64,000 nt of DNA from contig NC_091472.1 in assembly GCF_036971445.1 (NCBI RefSeq), positions 126,108,001-126,172,000 of the forward strand. Reading direction: 5' to 3'. A program made the translations under genes and the position numbers. The notes under the pieces are model-generated. The model ran no database searches and had not been told where the DNA came from. It saw nothing but the letters and a program-made list of their open reading frames with translations. Every line of letters starts with the position of its first letter. Within the stretch, counting starts at the first letter, position 1. This DNA comes from Narcine bancroftii (Eukaryota). Positions 55,615 to 64,000 of this stretch are shown piece after piece.

Positions 55615-56195
55615 GGAGGAACAGAGGAACCTTTGGGTCCAAATCCATACATCTATCAAGGTCTGCAGTTTTATAGGACAGTTAAGAAGACCTATAGGGG
55701 ATTGAGTTTGAGTCAAGAGGTCATGTTGCAGTTCTACAAATCTCTGGTGAGACTACACTTAGAGCATTGTGTTCAGTTCAAGTCACCTCATTATTAGAAG
55801 GATGTGGAAGCTGTGGAAAGGGTGTAGAAGAGATATACCAGGATATTGCCTGGATTGGGAAATAAGGTTAGCAGAGCTGTGACTTTTCTCTTTGGAGCAC
55901 AGAAGAATGAGAGAAGATATATCAGAGGTCTACAAGATTCTGAGGCATAAATAAGATGGACAGCCAGGGGGCATCTCAACAAAGTGAAGGGAGGAAAGTT
56001 TAGAGGAGACATCAGGGGTGATTTTTTTTTAACATAGTTGTGGGTACCTGGAATGCCTTGCTGGGGCTGGTGGTGGAGGCTGAAACATTAGGGGCATTTA
56101 CAAGACTTTTAGACAGGCATATGGATGAAAGAAAAATAGAGGGTTATTAGGTAGGCAGAGCTGAGTTGCCTGTACTGTGCTGTAATGTTCTATGT
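55615..56195 (+). mobile_element. CR1 3' fragment
   Basis: LQFYKSLVRLHLEHCVQF, KDVEAVERV and a CR1-like 3' UTR. Confidence 0.8.
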
Positions 56196-57240
56196 ATTTA
56201 GTTATACCAAGTCCATGTTAATCAGCAGATTGGCAACTAAAATCAGTGTCATGTATAGAAAGCAGGGTAATTGCATCGATGTTCAAGTGCATGTTTCAAT
56301 TGGTCATGACTGTGGGATTATTTTATGAAGTTTGTGGTCATTGTGCATGTAGTCTGAAATTGAGTGCTTGGGTTGAGGAAACAGTACCACAATTAGTTCT
56401 GGGCAAATTCCAGACTGTCTTCCTCATTCTTTATAAACTTCCATTTTCAGTGTTATTATTCATAATGCTTCTGTGGAGGATTTTTCTTTACAAACGTTTT
56501 TTTCCCCAATGTAGCTTGTTTTGGTAAAGTTTTCTGATCAAGTGGCTCAACTATGGCTAATACAGTGGGGAAAACAGCACATGAGATTTGAAAGAAACCG
56601 TGGGAATTTAAGTGAGGTTCATACCTTCATTACCCCACAATGTCAGAAATATTATTTTCCTATCCATTCTTCACCTGTTCTCTTTGCACTGTAAAATTGT
56701 TTTGAATGATGCATCTTTGAGCTAAATTTTAATTGTTTCTTTTCTATAGGTGTTGCCTCGACTGCTGAGTGCTCCGAGAATGTAGTTTTTAATTACTTTG
56801 ACCCAAATGATCTTGTTAACACTTTGCAAATACAGTAACATGTAAAAAAAAATTTGTATAATAACATGTTTTTGTCACACTAGGGAATTGGAGACAGAAC
56901 TATGTTCATAAAAGGCCATATGATTTATTTACAAATCAGTTTCTATTTGAATACAAATGCAATTTAGTAACATAGTAAAAGTAAGAACACTCTCTGTAGT
57001 GGATTTATTTTGGGCATATTTAATATAAAATTAAATGCCTCTTCATTTAAAGTCACATTATACTTAAAAAACGGTATATCGACAACACCTTTCATATTGT
57101 CTGAATGGCAAAACATTTTACGATCAAGGGAATTACATAGAAATAACCAGTGAATAGCTTGCATTCCGTGATGGTGGTCTTGTGACTTGTCATTTCTCCT
57201 TTTGAAAAATACAACAGGATACTTCACTCTTAACTTTTGA

Positions 57241-57396
<156 letters not shown>

Positions 57397-57414
57397 TAGG
57401 CTTTTCTGTAGTCC

Positions 57415-60400
57415 TAATAAGGACCAGAAATAGGCGATTCACTCCATTGAGTCTGCTTCACTTTTTAATCATGAGCTGATGCATATTCTCCACTGCCAGG
57501 CCTCCTCCCCATAACCTTGGATGTCCTGGCTAATCAAGAACTTATCAATCTGGGCCTTAAATACATCCAATGACCCTGGCCTCCACAACTACCTGTGGCA
57601 ACAAATTCCAGATTTACTACCTTCTGGCTGAAGAAATTCCTATGCATCTCTGTTCTAAGCGGACACCCTTCAATCCTGAAGTTGTGCCCTCTTGATCTAG
57701 ACCTGTTGTTCAAACTGCCCCCCTAAACTCAGATTCCACCTTAAGCAATTCTTATTCCATAAATGCTCTGTGATTAGTAAGGGATTGCTTAAGATGGTAT
57801 GTGAGTGTAAGGGAAAAAGGTTGAGAACCACTGCTGTAGACCAAATTGTTACTGAAATATCTTGCTTGAGAAAAATTGTCATTGACCCATTTCCTTTGGA
57901 GTTATGAAACTGTGCAATTAGGTATGATTAAAACAGTGGTTTTCAAACTTTTTCTTTCCACTCACGTACCACCTTAAGCTATCCCTTACTAATCACAGAT
58001 CACTTATGGTTTGGGGATTGCTTATGGTGGAATGTGAGTTTAGGGGGACAGTTTGAAAACCACTGATCTAGACTCCCACTATGGGAAACAAACTTTCTTC
58101 ATCTATTCTGTTCATACCCTTCAACATTCAAAATGTTTCAATAAGATCCTTCCAATGAGTACAAGCCAAGAGTGTCAAATGTTCCTTATAACCCTTTCAT
58201 TCCCAGGATCATCCTTGTGAACCTTCTCTGAACCTTCTCCATAATAGGACATCCTTTCTTAAATGAGGAACCCAAAACTGCTCACAATACTCCAAGTGAG
58301 GTCTCACCAGTGTCTTACAAAGCCTCAACATCACATCCTTACTCTCGTCTTCTATTCCTCTCGAAATGAATGCCAGCATTGCATTTGTCTTTTTCACCAC
58401 CAACTTAACATGCAAGTTTACCTTCAGGCTCTCCTGCATGAGGACTCCCAGGTCCCTTGGCATCTGGGTATTTTTAATTTTCTCACCATTTTTTAAAAAA
58501 AGTCTGCCTTTTTTTTCTCCCTAAGTATATGACTACATTTTCAAACATTATATTTCAATTGCCATTTCTCTGCCCATTCTTCTCATCTGTCTTTGTCCTT
58601 CTGCATCCTCCCTGTTTCCTCAGCACGACCTGCTCTTCCACCTACCTAAGTCTGCTCATTTAGCCACAAAGTTTGCAGATTATAAAATCCAAAATATTAC
58701 TATACAACATAAAATGTTTTCCCACACAGACCCCTGTGGAGCACCACTAACAACTAGAAGCCAACCAGAATATGATCCCTGCATTCAGAGTCTCTGCTTC
58801 CTGCCAATCAACCAATGCTACACCCATGCTCTTATGATACCTGTTATACCATGGGTTCTTAGCTTGTCAAGTAGCCTCCTGTGTGACACCTTGTCATAAG
58901 CCTTCTGAAAATCCAAATACACAACTTCCACTGCATCTGCCTTATCAAGGCTGCTTGTCACTCTTTCAGAGAATTCCAGTAGGTTTATCAAGCAAGATTT
59001 CCCCATAAGGAAAACATGCTGGCTTTGGCCTATCTTGTCATATGCCTCCAAGTACTCTGTAACCTAATCCTTGAAAATTGACTTCAACATTCCCAACCAC
59101 TGACGACCAGCTAATTTCCTTTCTGCTTCCTCCCTCCATTGAATAGAGGGGTGACATTTGCAATTTTGAAGTCCTCTGGGACCATTCTAGAATCCATTAC
59201 ATCCTGAAAGATCATTACCAATACATCCACAATCTGTACCATTATTTCTTTCAGAATCCAAGAGTGCAATCCATGTGTTCTGGAAGACTTATCTACCCTT
59301 GGGTCATTCAGCTTTCTGAGCACCTACTCCCTTGAAATAGTAACTGCACTCACTTCCCTTCTCTGATACCCTTTGACATCTGGCACACTGGTAATGTCTT
59401 CTACAGTGAAAACTGATATTAAAAAAAAAAACTCATTTAGTTCCTCTTCATTTCATTTTCACATTATTTCTCCAGCGTCATTTTCTGGTGGTCCTCTTTC
59501 TACTCTTACCTCTTGAACAAGCTTTTTGAATTCTCTTTAATATTTGCTGGCTTCCTTCCATCTTCATCTTTTCCCTCATTATGAGTGCTTTAGCTACCTT
59601 CTGCATTTAAAAAAAACTTCTAACCCTCTCAACTAATTTTTGCTTCCTTTATGATCTCTCTTGCTTTTCTGTTGGCTTTGACTTCCCTTGTCAGCCACAG
59701 TCATGACATTTTTCCATTTGAATATTTCCTCTTTTTGGTCTGTATTTATCCTGCAATTTATTTTTTTTGCAGAAACTCCACCCATTGCTGCTCTGCCATT
59801 TTCCCTACTAGTGCCCCTTCCATTCTACTTTGACCAGTTCCTCTCTCATGTCAATGTAATTCTCTTTTCTCCACTGAAATACAGACACATTTGACAAGTT
59901 TCTCCTTGTCAAATCTCAAATTGAACTCAATCTCCCCTCTGGTGTACTTGTTCCTGAGGGGAATGGCCACAGGGGTACCCACTCTGCTGACCTGCCTGTC
60001 CTTTCACTACACTACATATCTTTGGAGATTCAGCTCCCAATGGCATTCATCGTTCAGCCACAATTTTGTGATAGTCCCACTGCATCATACCTGTCAATCT
60101 TTAGCTGTACTTCAAGGTCATCCAAGTTTTTCTTTTGCTGCATGCATTTAAATACACAGCCTTTGTTACTTTAGACTGTGCCCCTGTTGCATTGCAACTC
60201 ATTCCATTGACTGCAATTTTTTTCCTATTTACCTGTCCTTCCACACAAACTCCACACCTGCTGTCCCTACTTGTGCACCAACCACCTCTTACTCTTCACT
60301 TTGGTTCCCACCCCCACCCCTCAGCAAAATCAAGTTTAAGTCTCCACCAACAGCATTAGCAAACCTTCCTGCCAGGATATTCGTTCCCCTCAACTTCAGC

Positions 60401-61100
60401 TACAACCCGTCCCACTTGTACAGGTCACTTTTTCCTCAGAAAAGGTTGAAACCTTGTCCCCTGCACCATTTCTTCAGCCACACATTTGTTTGCACTATCT
60501 TCTTGTTCTGATCTTCCCTAACTCATGGCACCAAGAGTAATCCAGAGATTACTGCCTTGGATGTCATGCTCTTCAGCCTTTTTTCTAACTTCCTTAACTT
60601 ATTTTGCAGAACCTCTGCTTCACTGCCTATGTCAGTTCTACCAATATCTACAATGACCTGATTGCTCACCCTTCCCCTTAAGAATATTCTGCTCAGAAAC
60701 ATCCTGTACCCGGGCACCTAGGAGGTAGCATGCTATTCTGGAGTCTCTTTTATAGCTGCAGAATTTTCCTTTCTGTTCCCCTGACTATCGTGTCCCCTAT
60801 AATTAACGCTCTACCTGCCTTCACCCTTCCCTTCTGAGGCTCAGAACTGACCACGATGCCATGGTCTGACTGCTGCCTAGCCCAGTTGGATCATCCCCCT
60901 CAGCAATATCCAAATGGGTATATTGTTGCTGAGGGAAATGGCTGCATTGCCTGTCTGTTCCTTTTCCCTCTTCTGACTCATTAGGTATGATTGAATTCCT
61001 GCCACTCCTGTCTATCAACCCCCCTCAGCTTCCCAAATAATTGGAAGTTCATCCAATTCCAGCTCCAATCCCAGCCGTGGCCTGGAGTTTCTATGCAATT
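57415..61100 (-). mobile_element. CR1 LINE (ORF1 esterase remnant and ORF2), decayed
   Basis: IGRTDIG...VISGLLLVP (SGNH ORF1), SCLINLLEF, YLDFQKAYDKVSH, VRPHLEYCEQFW. Confidence 0.85.
57703..58065. mobile_element. hAT (Charlie-like) non-autonomous element with ~130-bp inverted arms
   Basis: 8-bp TSD atctagac (57695-57702, 58066-58073) matching the NTCTAGAN preference; cagtggttttcaaac-type termini. Confidence 0.9.
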
Positions 61101-62391
61101 GTTTGGTGTAATTCACCTCCTAACTGATGTGAAAGGTTGTGTAATATTAAATACACCTTAATGTTTATCACAGCTTGTTTACACAATATATTGGCTTATA
61201 AAATAACGTAGCTTCAGCTCACTCTTGACACTGGCTGTACTTGAGGTGAGTTAACTCTATTTTATGCATTCTCTTTAGGCCAAAAAGAAAAATTCAAATT
61301 GAGCTCAATAGTGGCTTGAAGTTTCACTATAACAATAGGAAATAGTTACGTATGCATTTCAGTTTTCTAGGGGTTTGTCTGGAGTACCACAATTTAATTT
61401 ACAGATGGTTAAAAACACTCTCAGCTATTAAGTTAGTTCAGGCAGATGTTGTATAATGCTCCAAGGGAAAGTGCCTACTTGGAATAGATTTATGTTTAGC
61501 TGTGTTTTCACATTGATTAATTCAACATTGCTTTTGCTTTTTGATCTGGAATTGTCAGCGAATGATCATACCCAAATCATACTCGAAAATGTAGGTTGCC
61601 TTTGAAGCATCCTGCTTATCCAGTCTGTAATCAGTTTGAGAAATGGAAAAATATTCGTGTTGTCAACATCCTCTATATTATGATCATTACAGACCAAATT
61701 GGCTGCTACTATTCCAACATTATGACCATACTTCAAAATTACTTTGTTCACAATAAAATACTGAGATATTCTCAGCTTGTTGAACGCATTGAAGTCTGTT
61801 AATACATCTTGAAAATTGTTATCGTTAGGAGATGAGCATCAAGTAATCGGCAACGCTTTCAAGGCTAAGACTAAAGTGTTGCAAATACATCTCTGCTTTA
61901 GTCATGAATAATGCTGATATAGCAGTTAAGGTTACTGTCCAGGATCACCATACACTTAACAAGGTTACATTTACAATTTCTTTTCGCTGACAACTTGATG
62001 GCTTCAGGTATCAAACTTGCAGCACTCTTATGAGAAATTATTTGGTAAATTTGCTGTAATCTTTAAAGATACTCGTATTTATTTGGAAAGTATGTAGCGT
62101 GTTATTTATGCACTTTCATGATCTTAGTCTAACAATTTTGCATCTGTACTGCCTGTAATGATATCTGTTCCTCCATCTTTGATCTATGATTTGAATCGTT
62201 AGACCGTCGGAAATTGTTTTTTTCCCTCCCAAGGTGTTAGCCTAAAATATTTCTTGGCCTCATCTTGATGGTTTTTAAAAAGTAAAAATTATGCATAGTT
62301 TCATGAAGTGAAAGCCTGTGTTTCACCAAGATTCTTGTATGAATGGTGCACTTTGAAGAAACCAATATGGACTGGCAATTGCACTACCTAA

Positions 62392-62526
<135 letters not shown>

Positions 62527-64000
62527 TAGCAATTCAATATTGGTTCCACTGAGACGAAGCAAATTGAAGGTCATGCTGTGGTAGCAAAGTGATGAAACTA
62601 CTGAAAGGCATAAACAGAGGAAAGGTCTAAATATAGAAGTGTCATGGTGAAGAGAAGAATCTTGAATTAACATTGCGATTGTAATATCATAGTAAACTGA
62701 AATAATTCCTCAGTACTGATGTTCTTTTGCTTTAAGCAGTCAGGTGGGGCCTGGAAATATTCAGAGAAGGAAGGAATCAGTGGCCACTTGAAGAAGGGAG
62801 ACCCAAAATTATTGGTTATATATCTTTACCTCGGCGCTGCGTGGCCTGCTAAATTCTTTCAGAACTTTTTGTTTTTATTTAAATCAGTGGTCACATTATT
62901 CTTGCTCTCCTGCAGCTGGATGGTGCTTTATTACTCAAGAGTTTTGTGCGCCAGTTTGTTGCTTTTGCCGCAACACAAACGTTGTAACTGCTGAGGTGTT
63001 GAGAGTCGGGATGAGAGTTGAAGATGTATTCTAAACAAATGGACCTTGGAGTGATAAATACATTAATATTCAGATAATATTCTATCCCTTCCTTTAATCG
63101 ACAAACAAAAATGGTAATGCATGGTTAATGAAACAGTCGAAGTCCATGATCATTGACTGAGGCATCAAACTTGGAGACTACAAAGTCCCAGCCCAGTTGA
63201 CCTTGCATAGTATTCTTCACAAGCATCTGTGGTCTGGTGGTTAAAGAGCAAAAGGTTATCCCACAGTCTAGTCAAGCAACTAACTGCCTTACATGAGTGT
63301 GATCAAAATCAATTTTTCAGACAATATTCCAGACTCCCCCCATCACAATTCCTGGATGCACCTTGTCCCACCTGTCGGATATACTCACCAGAAGTGGCAG
63401 TATGATGGGTGGGAAGAAGCAGCCTTTAAAGTCCTCAACAATGACTCCTGATCCTACTAAATCTTAAGACATTAGATTTGAAAAAAGTGACCACCCCACA
63501 ATCCTTTCAGAAACAAAGTCCCTCCCTTGAGCTGTGTGCTCAATTCGAACAGATCTGACAGCTTAATTGGGCATCGTGTGACACGGTGAACGGTCAACAG
63601 GAGCAGAAATGTCTTCTACTGGATCTCTGGGCTCAATATATCCCTCACACTACCATTGCTTTCAATTCAAGGAATCAACTGTGCCTCAATGAGGAATGAA
63701 AAGAACATGCTGGGAGCAGCACCAGATATATTTTAAAAATGATGGATGAGATTGATCCTTCTAAAGTTTCAATACAAAATTATTTGCAGCTAAATCAAAT
63801 GCAATAGACAACACTTGGTAATCGAATGGTCAATGGATCAGATCCATACTCTGGAATCCTACCACATTGAGTTGAAAATGGTGGATAATTGAACAGTGAT
63901 TGGAAGAAGGAGCTGCCAAGATCCTCCTCTAAGGTTGGGATAAGCATGTCGTGTTGATGATATGGTTGAAACATTTTCAAGGATATTCCACCATAAGTGC

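Overview
This is eukaryotic DNA from a vertebrate, most likely a cartilaginous fish. That assignment is inferred from the CR1/Rex1/V-SINE/Penelope repeat mix and is not proven. The window is the middle of one + strand type I coronin gene (CORO1C/CORO1B-like). Seven GT-AG coding exons (12012-12134, 31750-31879, 41023-41201, 52465-52581, 54039-54140, 57250-57395, 62415-62472) splice in frame into 285 codons of the WD40 beta-propeller. The first and last coding exons were not found in the window. The introns are largely decayed transposons: CR1, Rex1/Babar, fish-type L1, RTE, Penelope, V-SINEs, two Gypsy LTR elements, Tc1/mariner MITEs and a hAT element. There is no prokaryotic system and no CRISPR array. 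The most notable structures are four. (1) A two-LTR Gypsy element has no tRNA primer-binding site; in its place is a perfect 15-nt complement of its own LTR poly(A)-signal region, a candidate for self-priming. (2) An RTE LINE has a twin-priming-type 5' inversion and a 12-bp TSD. (3) A hAT element is built from two inverted mini-MITEs. (4) There is a three-level Gypsy>L1>L1 nest. Family names and reference-protein comparisons come from recalled motifs, not database searches, and decayed-repeat boundaries are approximate.
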